Made by a program: the position numbers and the translations under genes. The notes below the pieces were generated by a model. The model did not search any database, was not told the origin of the DNA, and worked only from the letters and a program-made list of their open reading frames with translations. A DNA stretch of 64,000 nucleotides from Podarcis pityusensis (lineage: Eukaryota), in assembly GCA_964106645.2 (NCBI GenBank), contig OZ067038.1; one strand, written 5' to 3'. The stretch's first letter is position 1. The number at the start of each line of letters is the position of its first letter. Below are positions 51,896 to 64,000 of the stretch, piece after piece.

Positions 51896-52149
51896 TCCTA
51901 TGATTCTGTGAGCTTCCTCTGGAATGTCAAATGGGGGCTGAAATGACAATGTAGAGCTGTTTTCCCCAAGCTTGAGCCCATAGGTGCTTTTGGATAAAAT
52001 CCCTCATCTTGCCCAGGCAGCATGTTCAATGGGAATGGGAATTGTGGTCCAGCCACATCTAGGGACACAAGGCTGAGAATCACTTCAAAAACAGAAATCA
52101 AAACAAAAACCCAATAACCCACCCACTCCCGCAATGTTTAAAATGGCTG

Positions 52150-53540
52150 ATTGACATCCAATGCCCTAAGGCCTGCTTAAAGAGGCCTGCTTAAAGAGGA
52201 ACATTTTTGCCTGGCACCTCACGGTGTATAATGAATGCACCAGGAGAGCGTTCCACAAAGGGGGGGGGGCAATAGTAGAAAAGGCCTGTTCTTGTGTTGC
52301 CACCCTCCAGACCTCTAGTGGAAGAGGCATATGAAGAAGGGCCTCAGAAGATGATCTCAGGGTCCAGGTAGGTCAATATGGAAAGAAGCTTGGAGGCATA
52401 CAATTTGGACAAGAAAATCGGCTTCCAGGTGGAAAAATCAAAATTAGAAACAGAATTGTTAGAACCCAAAACTAAAATTTTGTCAAAGATGTATAACTTG
52501 CTGTTGAAATGGAATACTCAGGATGAAACGGTGAAATCTGCTATGATTAAATGGGCACAAGATGTTGGACATAACATTATGTTTGCTGACTGGGAACAGT
52601 TGTGGACCACAGGTATGAAATTTACGGCATGTAATGCCTTAAGAGAAAATATTATGAAAATGATATACAGGTGGTACATGACCCCAGTCAAGCTTGCTAA
52701 AATCTATCATGTGCCTGATAATAAATGTTGGAAATGTAAAGAAACTGAAGGTACATTTTTTCACCTTTGGTGGACGTGCCCAAAGATTAAGGCTTTCTGG
52801 GAGATGATTTATAATGAACTAAAAAAGGTATTTAAATATACCTTCTCGAAGAAACTAGAGGCCTTTCTCCTGGGCATAGTCGGCCAATCAGTGTTAAAAA
52901 AGGACAGAACTTTCTTTATGTATGCTACAACAGCAGCAAGAATACTCATTGCAAAGCATTGGAAGACCCAAGACTTACCCACACTGGAGGAATGGCAGAT
53001 GAAATTAATAGACTATATGGAATTGGCAGAAATGACTGGCAGAATCCGTGACCAGGGAGAAGAGTCGGTGGAAGAAGATTGGAAGAAATTTAAAGACTAT
53101 TTACAGAAATATTGCAAAATTAATGAATGTTAGAATGATGTTGGATTGAAGTTAAGTGGTTTCTAGCTGTATAGGTACAAAAGAATATGGAAAAATTGGT
53201 TTTTAATATGTAAAAATCTAATGTTACAATATATCAAGATTAAGGATTAGGATTAAAAAGGAGGGAAAGGAATTGTTGGATTAACAAATTGAACTGGAAT
53301 ACAAAAGAGGGAGGTATGAGGAGGTCCGGGAAACAAGTAAACGTAAAAGAAGTGAGGAAAAGATGGAATTGTTTTTAACTGTTTTTTCTTTTTTTCTACT
53401 TTGTATTTTTCCTTTTTATTGTTAATTTTTTTTATTAATGTGATTTTTTTTCCTTTGAAATTTTAATAAATATTATTTTAAAAAAAAACAATATGGAAAG
53501 AAGCCGTCCTTGAGGTATTGCAGTCCTGAGCCGTTTAAGG
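52150..53540 (-). mobile_element. L2 LINE 3' fragment, host of the L1 insertion
   Basis: ggcctgcttaaagaggaacatttttgcctggcacc...gatctcagggtccaggtaggtcaatatggaaagaagc|cgtccttgaggtattgcagtcctgagccgtttaagg is continuous once the L1 and one TSD are removed. Confidence 0.75.
52390..53488 (+). mobile_element. Young 5'-truncated L1-clade LINE with an uninterrupted ORF2 C-terminus
   Basis: ORF 52378-53133 carries the CCHC zinc knuckle CWKCKETEGTFFHLWWTC; 3'UTR, AATAAA, short poly(A); perfect 16-bp TSD CAATATGGAAAGAAGC (52374-52389 and 53489-53504). Confidence 0.93.
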
Positions 53541-53799
53541 TTGGATCAATATAAGTTCTTGCTTGGAGCTATTAGAATTCATTCCTTTTTTAAAAAGTAT
53601 GCATTTTTCAAGGAAAAAGCTTCAAAATCTTAAATCTGGGGGAATCTTGCTGATTCAGAAGTTAGATTGCATGACCCATGAGTTCCCTGCCAACTCCATC
53701 ATTCAAAGTGTTTGCCAGCAGTGCTACTTGACTTGTTCTTGCTATTTATACCACAAAGCCCCGCCTCCAATCACATAGTGGTGCTGGTGGGTAAGTCTT

Positions 53800-54187
53800 T
53801 TGGGAACGTTCGAAGCTACTTTATGCCTGATCAGATGATTGCCCCATCTACCCTGACTGGCTGTCACTGGTGGAGGAACAGGAGGGTGGAGGGAGCGGAC
53901 TGCCCCTGGCACCACTATTCCAGTAGGGTGCCATCGTGCCCCATCCCCGGACACAGACCATGCACCTCCCTGTGCCCCAGGTGCCAGGACCCCTAGGGGG
54001 TGTCAGCCACACCCCCGCCTGCTTTCTACCCCCAATAGTGGAGAATGCAGCTTCGCCACTGCTGGCTGTGGACCTCCAGGATTTCAGACAAGCATTTCTC
54101 CCAGCACCGCCACGATGCCATGGATTGAAACAGAGACCTTCTGCATGCAATGCAGATGCTTCACCACAGACCTAGGGCCATTTCCCC
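53800..54187 (-). mobile_element. tRNA-derived SINE interrupted by a hAT MITE
   Basis: Antisense head ggattgaaacagagaccttctgcatgcaatgcagatgcttcaccacagacctagggccatttcccc; same family as the copy at 37970. Confidence 0.65.
53865..54061. mobile_element. hAT MITE with a perfect 8-bp TSD
   Basis: CTGGCTGT|CACTGGTGGAG...CTTCGCCACTG|CTGGCTGT. Confidence 0.85.
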
Positions 54188-56012
54188 TTTTGCGATACAA
54201 GCCACCGAAAAGGCATCAGCAGTGGAAAGGATTTAAAGGCTAGAAGGAGCAAACAAGGTGTTAAACCTGGAAAAAACTGGAACAGCTGCCTCCTGCAACC
54301 TGTAAAGGGACTTGGGGTTCATCAGTTCTGCATTTGAATGAGGCAGTATCCACTACTTCCAGACTCCGGCTTAGGTATATTAGCATGAGGCTCAGGTTGA
54401 TGAGGTCATTTACTGCCTAAGGCTCTCAACAATAATAAAGCCAGTTCCCAACTGTTCCCGCTGTTTGTCTTGCTTTCAGTGACTTGATTAAGTGTGTTCA
54501 GGGTCCAAACTCAGCAAGCCTCCTCCCTCTGCTGAGGGAGAAAGCATTTCATTTTTCAACCATCTGCTAAAGACTCCGCAACTCTGAAAATCTGGAAGGC
54601 CTGGCGGAGATTAAATATTGAAAGTGTACTTTAAAAAAACCCTGCATCAACAGATTGGAGAAGGGATAAATAAATGGTTAGAACTGCATGGGCAAAATGG
54701 TGTTTTACTGCAAGTGCCCATCCAGCCCAGTCTTGTCTTCTTTGACTGACAGTAACCCTCCAGGGTCTGAGTCTCTCCCCAGATTTTTTTAACCAGAGAT
54801 GTCAGGGATTGAAAATGGGGGGGGGGGGTGCAAATTATTTTCTCTGCCACTCAACTTTGCTCCCTTCCAGATCAGATGCAGCAGAGTCATGCCGCAAGAT
54901 CCTGAGACGAAGCAAGTGTAAAATTGGTGTGTGCGCACAGGGGGAGGTTGTCAGTCCTCTACTATAAACCTCAGAAAAAGTAATGTTTTGTAAAATCTTG
55001 GTTCATTTGTTCCATTGGTATTGTCTCTCCCATTGCCAATGACCCTACCTTGCCATCATTACTAGTACCAATAGTATTAATAGTTAAGGATGAAGGATTA
55101 ATTCAATTTAACTTTGCATTTAATGGGAAAACTACCTAATTAAAACTTTCCAAAATAATATGTGAGCTGAAATGGACCCTTCATTTGAAATGTGCATTTC
55201 TATGAATTGTGCAAAGTAGCTCTCCAGCCCATCGTCTCCCAAGCCACCCTTGCTCCCCCATGCGATGGCATCAAGTCTATTTCAGTCCCAATCCAGTTCT
55301 AGGCTGGCTCAGCTATATATCTGCCTCTCCACCCTTATGCCACGGCTACCAGGTGCCACAATTCTGAGAAATGTGATAGTTTTCCTGCTCCTCCTCTTGA
55401 TAGTTAGGGGAACAGGGAGTTAGAGTTATTTTCTATGGCTACTAGCCTATGGGACATGTTACTGCAGCAAAATAAATGAGCATGAATGGATTTTCTTGAG
55501 GATTTGGGTGCAATGAATCTTCCAGCATCAATGTAGCTACAAATAGCAGATGAGGTGGCAGCCTAGTCACACTCTCAGCTGCACCCCTTCAGACTGCATA
55601 GGACAGAGGTGCCGCAAAATTGAGTGCTACTCCACAAATAGCAAAAAAATAAATGCCTTGCCTTGGCCTCCATGCTCTGGCTGCTGCTAGGTTAAGTTAT
55701 TAATCTCAAATAAATGTTGCTTCTTTGTTGCATAGGCCAAAGGGTTACAGTTTCAGGAGTTGCAGCAAGATTCTGGGGAAGGAAACACTGTGAACAATGA
55801 ACTTTTTAGCTACAACTGATGTGTTGAACTTTCCAGGAGGCCATATAGGACAGAACAGTGAAGATGGAAAAAGAACTAGTGTTATGGTACTAGTTCCACG
55901 TGCACGTTCTATCAACTGACAGATGCTTTGGCATATTTCCTTGCCCCTAAAAGTTCACTTCTTCAACAAACAAACAAACAAATCCAGGGTTTAGAAGACG
56001 TTCCCTATCCCA

Positions 56013-56421
56013 TTGCTGTTGTTGTTTAGTCATTTAGTCATGTCCGACTCTTCGTGACCCCATGGACCAGAGCACGCCAGGCACTCCTGTCTTCCACTGC
56101 CTCCCGCAGTTTGGTCAAACTCATGCTGGTAGCTTTGAAAACACTGTCCAACCATCTTGTCCTCTGTCGTCCCCTTCTCCTTGTGCCCCCCATCTTTCCC
56201 AACATCAGGGTCTTTTCCAGGGAGTCTTCTCTTCTCATGAGGTGGCCAAAGTATTGGAATCTCAGCTTCAGGATCTGTCCTTCCAGTGAGCACTCAGGTC
56301 TGATTTCCTTAAGAATGGATAGGTTTGATCTTCTTGCAGTCCATGGGACTCTCAAGAGTCTCCTCCAGCACCAGAATTCAAAAGCATCAATTCTTCGGCG
56401 ATCAGCCTTCTTTATGGTCCA
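56013..56421 (-). mobile_element. RTE-BovB LINE 3' end
   Basis: Open frame WTIKKADRRRIDAFEFWCWRRLLRVPWTARRSNLSILKEI...SLEKTLMLGK...WRALVHGVTKSRT and (CAA)n tail, diagnostic of BovB. Confidence 0.95.
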
Positions 56422-59400
56422 GGCAGCGCAATGCCATACCTTTGTATTCAGGAGGTGTTCATCCAGTTTCTGCAGTCTAACTCATCAGAGATCTTTGAGG
56501 AATAATTCCTCCTAAGCACAGAAAGAGTCTACAACCCACCCTTACTTGGAAATAAGTGCCACTGAATTCATTTTAGCCTGCTTCCAAGTTAGTGAACACA
56601 GGCTGAAAATGACCTTCAGGTGCCTCCCCACTGTATGGTCCTGTAACATTGAAAAAGAGAATGTTAACAGAGGCACAAAAGACGTTCAGTACTTTCATCC
56701 ACAAGAGCTTTGCTATGCATATGCTATTGTCCCTCTTTTCTGTATTGCTGTAATCCAAGTATTATTGTAGTTTCTGCACATTTGCAGGATCAGCACTGAC
56801 AATATCCATCTCCCCAAGGGCTATTATGGGGAGAGGGGCGGGAATGGTCCTTGGTGAGCCATCTTTGCATGGGAAGCTGAACAAAGGTGTTATTAAAAGA
56901 TATTACCCAGCTCCGGGAGAGCTTAGCTATGCAAATGAAGCGCTGTCCTAAAAAAGACAATGACAAGAAGAGGCGCCTTTCCTGAGGGATCCAGCATTTA
57001 GATCTTTTGCAGAAAAAGGAAGCACTAATGGGTATGAATAAATTTTATTTCTCAGATGTAATCTGCATTCTCACAACCTTAACCCAGATCCTGGCTTTTA
57101 AAGGAGATGTGTCTATTTCTTTGAAACATTTTTGCTTCCCCCAACAAAAAGGGCTCCCAGAGTGCCTTACATAAGATCAGAAGCAAACAGGACAGTGCCT
57201 GCCCACAGATTTACAATCTAAGGCTGTGTGCACCTGTGTATACCTTTAAAATACATTCACACTTTCTATAAAGCAAGCGTAAGATTCTTTTTTAAAAAAA
57301 AAATGGTGAAAGATGCATTGATTCAGGAGCAATCAGGAGGAGGTTCCATACGAATCACTGCAGGGGCAGAGTTGTAATAGGTGGGCTCAGAACCCTTGAA
57401 AGGCAATATCCCCCTCCCACTCTTCCTCCTCTTATGTCTCTCAGTGTCTCTCCCACCTTTGGGTAGTCATACCTGCATTAAAATCTCAAGTGTGAAAAGC
57501 ACTGAGCATCCTTCCTTATCCTGTGTACGCTCTGTGTATATTTTGTCAACCACATAAGCTGAGCCTCTTTCCATAGTCAAAAGTTCCTCAGAGAATTGAA
57601 CAACAAAAACCAACAGGGCTTCCATGCTGAGACACAACACTGCAAGGGGCTCCTCAGGGAAGGAAGGGAGTGGTCCGCTCCTCTTGCAGGAGCTTGCTCA
57701 CCTTCTGTGCTGGGAAGGAAGAGGCTTCTATTCTTCCCCCATTCTGCACAGAACTGCAGTGGGTTGGAGATTTGCAGCTCATGAGGTGGGCTGTTGAGGA
57801 GCTGGGGGGAAAGCTAAGCAGGAGACACCATGGGCTGGATGGGAATTATTATGGTCCAGACCTGGTCCAGTGGTTGGTGGTTCACCACCCCTGCTATAAA
57901 AAGGAACAATATTTTTCTAAAGTCCTGATATTTTCAGCATTTTCCCTGACAGGAAGAGAAAGATCTATGCAAAATCGTTCTAAATATTATGAAGCATCTC
58001 TGACTTGTATATGAAATTGCTAACACAAATCACTTGCTTATATGAAAAGCATAGTGTGAGAGAAGAGTGCTCGTGGATGAGTAGGAAGGTTGGAAAGAAG
58101 GAATTTCCACATCCACAGAGTATCCCACATATGGTAGCTTCTGTGTACTATCCTCATAAGAACAGTTTGGGCTCAAGGAACCCAAATAGGCACCTCCTAC
58201 CATACGTCCTTCCATTTGCCTTAACATCATGTACTTTTACTCTATGCCCCCACTATTAAAATCTTAGTGACCGAGCAGTAAATTATATAGGCTTTACTGG
58301 TGGTTACTGAGCTTTCTTCCAAGCCCCCTCCTCATCTTTCTTCACAAAAGCATGTGTTGGATGTGAGGAAGATTATGAATGATCAACCGGTGGCCAAGAT
58401 TTTAGTGTTTGCATTTTGGCTATTTAAATGTTTGCCTTATTGTCCTTTTGTTTTGGGGAGTCCTTGATGTAGTCTATGTGTGCTTTTGATGTTGCAATGC
58501 AGTAAAAGTATGTTCAGTATATGAATGACTGCATTTGACATTTTATCTAGGCTTATCTGGGGATTTAAAACTGAGATGCTTTGAAGGTCTAGCAGCGCAT
58601 GCACTTTAAAATAAATAAGGAAACAGACAATGCGCACGAGGTATCGTTCACACAAACCAGAGTTCATGTATAACATATAGATCAGCTCCACTTCACTTCT
58701 CTCATGCAGTTGTGTCAGGAAAGAAGTTGACAACCCTAACAGAAATGAATCAACTGGCCTTCACCCTGTCAACAAACAAAAAGCAAGCTTTCTGCAGAAA
58801 GCCATCATCTGGGCATACACAGTGACAAGCAACAAATAAGCTTTATTTTATTTACCAGCTGTGTGCAGATCATACTAGTTCCACCAGTCCCCCCAACTGA
58901 AATTCACCTTGATTATTTACAAAGCAATGAAGGAAATGCGTAATAGAAGTTATGTTCTACTTCTCTAAAGAAAAGGACCGCCTTGTGGGCAAGATGTAAA
59001 AAAAGGAACAATTGCATTCCGACGCTTCAAGCACTATCGGCACTTGAGGAAACTGGAGATTGGAAAAATGATAATAATAATACTTAATGGTGAAAAGACA
59101 CCTGAAAAGTCAAACTGGGATAACAAAAGCAGAACTAAACACAAGCAGCTTCACTCTTGCCTAATAAGGGGTTTGCACAGAGGAGGAACTAAAGGATTGT
59201 AAACAATAGATGTGCTTCCTTCCAAACAGTTCTATGTAGGCATTGTAAAGGAGGATAAAAGATACACCACAGAGAAAGTTACAGCCTGAATGAAGGTAGA
59301 TTCTGTTGCCACTGTTGTCCAACATTTGTGTTTTTCTTTCCAATTTTATTTAGCCAGTCAATAGTCTGATTATAAGCAACAGGATGAAATATTTCCTTAG

Positions 59401-59739
59401 TAGCTGGTTTTCACACTGTTATTTGGGGATAAGGAGAGCTGCTGAAGGGAAGAGAAATTAAATTTCATTAAAGTACATTTACTTACCTGATACAGAAGAA
59501 TTGCCTCCACATGGAAGCTTTCTGCTGATTTATTTTTCTCTCTCATTCTACTTTTAATAGAATACAGGACAAGGCAGCAGTGTCCATGCCAGTGTGGTAT
59601 CTCACCCACACCAGTGAAGACTGAATTGAACCCACCTATTTAGTTCATACCCTTCCCTTTCTCCATGCTTTCCATGCTCTGCCTGTTACACTCAGCATAC
59701 ACACAGGGTGTGACATTTGTCATTTTCCAGCTCCAGGAA

Positions 59740-60005
59740 GTGTTTGAGGTACACTTGCTCATGAACTTGTTGCACAACATTCTTGTGCACCTCAAGGATT
59801 GCCTCTCCCCATATGAACTGACCTGGGCCCTGCAATCATCACCTGAGGCCCTCCTTCACGTGCCTCCTCCATAAGAGGTCCAGAGGGTGGGTGGCAACAC
59901 AAAAACAAGCCTTTTCTGCAGTGGTTCCCTACTTCTGGAATGCTCTTCCCAGGGAGGCTCACATATAAGCTAAGCGAAAACATTCATCTTCTCCCAGGCC
60001 TTTGT
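59740..60005 (+). mobile_element. L2 LINE 3' fragment
   Basis: cctcaaggattgcctctccccatatgaactgacctgggccctgcaatcatcacctgaggccc...ttctggaatgctcttcccagggagg is the sense counterpart of the 52150 L2. Confidence 0.7.
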
Positions 60006-61668
60006 TGAATTAACCAATCTTTGGCCTTCTAAACTCCAGATGCTCCAGAAGAAGGTGGCTCTTGAAAATGTAGCATGCAAGGGAGAAGTTGCCACCTACC
60101 AGATGAACCATAAACCCCAGATTCCCAGCTTTCTTTTTTCTTTTTAAGTAAGTTTCCAGCATTTATAGAGCCTGCAATATGAGACAAAATATATAAGCAC
60201 CATTCTTCTCGTCTTGTATGTTAAACTAGCCTGCTTCCCACTTGCTTCCCGGTGTTTTACGTTGCCCCTTCGCATGGAATATCCCTGCAGAAATCCATGG
60301 GGTGTGTGGCTTCCCTGAGAAAATGGAATCCCAATGGGCAGAGCAAAACAAGTATTTGTATTGAAATATGCACTATGTACTTGCAGAAAGGTGTTTAGTG
60401 ATGGTAACTGAAAGTGTGCTGAATATATGCTGAATATATACATACTTATTTTTTCCTGAAGACAAATGACTGCTTGGACTCAGCTTGACCTGTATTTGTC
60501 TTTCACTATTCATCTCTGTGTGATACAGTCATGGTTCTGTATCCCATTTGTCAAACAATGGATGCTATTTTAGGTCTACACGACGCAAACTGCTGTTTGA
60601 ACCGCAATAGGTAAAGCCATTCCAAAGGAATTTTCACTACTTTGCAGGGTATCTTATACCCACAACATTTGTTTTTTGTTGTTGGACAATCTGTCCATAC
60701 AGAATGAGAACTGAAATCCATTTAGCTACCAGCTGTTTCCCCTTCCCTCAACAGACCACCCAGTGCTTTAAACTGGCAATGCTTGGAAATTAAATATGAC
60801 AAATAAATCTTCACCATCACCTGCCAACACCATCGCCAACATCCAACATCATAGAAAATTAGCATCCTTATTACATCCTTATTCTTATTCTATTAGTTAA
60901 AACTATTTCAATCCTGCCTTTCATGTAAACATCACAAGGCAGTTTACAATAAGCAAAAAAAAGAAAAAAGAAAAAAGAAAATGAAAACCCACCCATGGAA
61001 TTTACTTTAACCCACAGAATAAATAACTCTGAGCCAACTCTGAGCCAAACCCAACATAGTAAGTCATTATGGTCGACTGGTATAAATGTCCAGTTAAGAT
61101 CTGCAAGAATAAAACAAGTTTTAGCAAATGATTAAATGCCACCAGTGTTGCCACCTGTCTTAATTCAGAGGGGATCTTTTTATGCAACATTTTGAACACA
61201 AGACACACAGCAAAACTTTGTTCCTGAAGTGCAGTCAGTCACAGAGTTGGTGAAAGAATGCTACAGAGAGGTAGTCCTATGTACTCTGCTTCAGAGAATA
61301 CATGGCCAAGATGGGAAAGCACATCTCAAAGGATATTTTTTTAATCACAGTGCAATCCTATGCAAATCTTGTCAGAAATAAGTAGCACTTACTTCCATGT
61401 TACTGTGCATAGGCTACAGCTTTAGACTTTTTCATGAGACAGATGCAATGGAATTCAATAGCTACAACTACAAGAGCATCCAGCAGTCTTGTATTTGCCC
61501 TCCCAACCGTCCTAACTTACCCAATCCATAAAATGTGCGGAAAATGTATTGTGATAAGGCATCATAAGAGAAAATGTGGTGTGTTCCTCAGTCTTAGAGC
61601 TAGAGTAGGTTCCAGAATAAAAACAAAGAACTGAAAGTAGTGAAGGCACAGCATTCTAAAACCGGTGT

Positions 61669-61706
<38 letters not shown>

Positions 61707-64000
61707 CTAATGAATCTTTTGACAGAATTAATGACTGTAATGCTCAGAGTTTTTTCCTGCCTGTTCTTCTGTCTCTAGAGACTTGCATAGTTCCGATATA
61801 AATTTACATACTAGGATCTCATCCAAATCAAACCAGATGCTCTTGGATCTAACTCAGCAGGGTCTTAAAAATTGTCTGGATCTCTACGTTCCTTGTGTGG
61901 AGATGAAAGTTTAATTTAGCTATGATTGCATAGTAGTTTCCACGTGACTTTGGTGCAAGATGTTTTATGGGAAGAATCGCAGTCCAGTGGGGAAGCTGAT
62001 ATATTTGTCCAAGGAAGTCATGCCACCTGCTTCATGAAATGCATACTTCACTCATCAACACTATTTTGTTGATCAACTCTTACAGGCATACTTGTGAACA
62101 TCAGCCACTATTTGATGTATCCGGGGGCTCCCACCATTATTTATATATAACATAGGAACAGGCTGCTCTTTGGGCTGATGTTTGCAGCATATGCAATACA
62201 TTTCAGACAACTTCAAAAGACACCATCACTTTCACACATGACTTAAATCAGGCCCTGTGCAAGACATGTGTTCTGCATTTAGGTAAGGATCTCATAAGAG
62301 CCCTGTGAGAGTTGGGTTTTGCTCATTGTTCAGAGGAAGACTATAGAACTCAATGAAACCAAGTCTCAGTGAAATGAAGTATGTTTTTAACATCATCCCC
62401 AAGTATATCAATTTCCTTCCAAACATATTGAAGAAAAACTCTTAAAATCTGAATGGTGTCCCTGGAGGAAATAGTGGATTTTTTTAAAAAAAACAACAAC
62501 AACAAAATGTGAAAATCTATTTTCTGATAGGGAAGAAATTTAATAAGAAATGTCAACCAAGCCAACAGATAATTAATATTGCACCAACTATTCATATGCA
62601 TGAATTGAATTAGGGTAATGTCTTCACTAATCTTTTACTAATTCAAATTGTGAGCTGAGTAATGTAGTAATTATTTGTGATGTAGTATTACATTGAGGTT
62701 ACTGGGGCATCATTTTTTGACTCTTACACAGAGGTTCTTACAGTGGTTTATACTGGGTGACTCTTAGATCAAGAGGCATTAAAGAGAAACATCCAGATAT
62801 AAAGAGAACTTCAATATATATCCGTAAAACAGACAGTAATTGCTCCCAAAACACGCAAGAATGTAGTATCAGGTAAAGATGTATTATTTACTCACTAGCT
62901 GTGTTTCTTTTCCTTTTCATGTTATTTTTTCATTGTCTGCACTGAAATGAAATGGATTCTATTTATATTTCTGAAATCACTTTCCCAGTAAACAGGACAC
63001 TGTTAATAGTAACTGAACACCTTTTCTGACACATTTACACTTACAATTTCTTTGGTAGAGTATAGTAGGTAATAAGTAAACAAAAGTGATTGGGGTGGGG
63101 GAAAATCAAGGTGCCATTTAGGAATGAAAGACCTGATTTGGGGGAGGGATAGTTCCAAACATCCATTATACTTTTCAAGCCACATGTGAGTATTCTTTGA
63201 AAGCAGAAGCAGTACACCAAGGGAAAGGTATCATACCTTTCAATTGCCCTGTTTTAAGTGGAGGTGGACCTGCTTCCCTTGAAGGCACCTCATGCTCTAC
63301 CCAGGATGCCCTGATTTCATGTGACCTGTGGATGGGGGCTGCGGAAGCAGCTCCTGCAGCAACAGTGGCATTGGGAAGGGGAAATGAGAGCTGAAGTCCT
63401 CCTGCCTCCTTCCCAACGTGATTAACTGGGAGCTTATGCTACTAGGTTTTTATATGCCTATGGGAGCAGGAGGAGAGACAGGCTGAAGCTGCCAGGCAGG
63501 TGAATTCAGCTGGCTGCTCCCCTGCTCTTGAGGAGGCCACTGTAAAATAGTGAGAATCTTGCACCCATTGCCTGAGGTGGGTAGCGGCAGCAGCAGAAAG
63601 GAGTAGGAATAGTTACCCTAGGCTGCTAAGCTACAATACAGGGTTGGCACTTGGGCAGCAGACCACCCTATCATTACAATAACTGTTATGACTCAGCCCT
63701 GTGATTTCATTGGCATATAAAATACTCTCCAGCAGAAGTAAACCGGTAACTTGTGTCTGTCTAGAATGTGTGGGGTGGGGTGGGGGGGGGTGAATAGGAT
63801 TGTAAAGAGATGCTCAACATGTAGCTGTTCCTCTTCATTAAATGGATTGAAATGTTTGATAATTGTATCTGCTAATATGTCTGTTAATTACAGGTAATGT
63901 GAAGCTTTGGAAACTCATTAGGGGGGAATTATGGTACACTTATGGGTGAGCAATTGGGTTGTGCAAGAGCCTCCCAATAAGCTCAAGTCAAACACTTGAA

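Noticed and set aside
56054-56515. 153-aa plus-strand ORF
   Set aside because: Antisense reading of the BovB fragment plus flank; no independent support.
63770-63791. G-run cluster with G-quadruplex potential
   Set aside because: Short G/C runs are frequent throughout this window; nothing indicates function.

Overview
Repeat-rich vertebrate genomic DNA, almost certainly a squamate (Sauria SINEs, BovB, CR1, L2, L1; probably a lacertid lizard, by inference). The whole window appears to lie inside one large minus-strand gene of the contactin-associated protein family, best matching CNTNAP5. Two in-phase coding exons of the N-terminal F5/8 type C (discoidin) domain were found by manual translation: 32633-32743 (111 bp) and 19772-19965 (194 bp). 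Neither appears in frame in the ORF track. The rest is intronic DNA with many transposon remnants. The most notable non-gene signals are: (i) a non-coding, TSD-less family, probably DIRS/Ngaro-type (tyrosine recombinase), present in four divergent copies, with a conserved terminal hairpin and an extensive multi-stem fold; (ii) a five-layer nested insertion complex at 38-40.3 kb; (iii) six copies of a TA-targeting Tc1/mariner-type MITE with a variable 16-bp subterminal repeat; (iv) two young L1 3' ends from sister lineages. Family names come from recognition without database searches, and boundaries of old decayed repeats are approximate.
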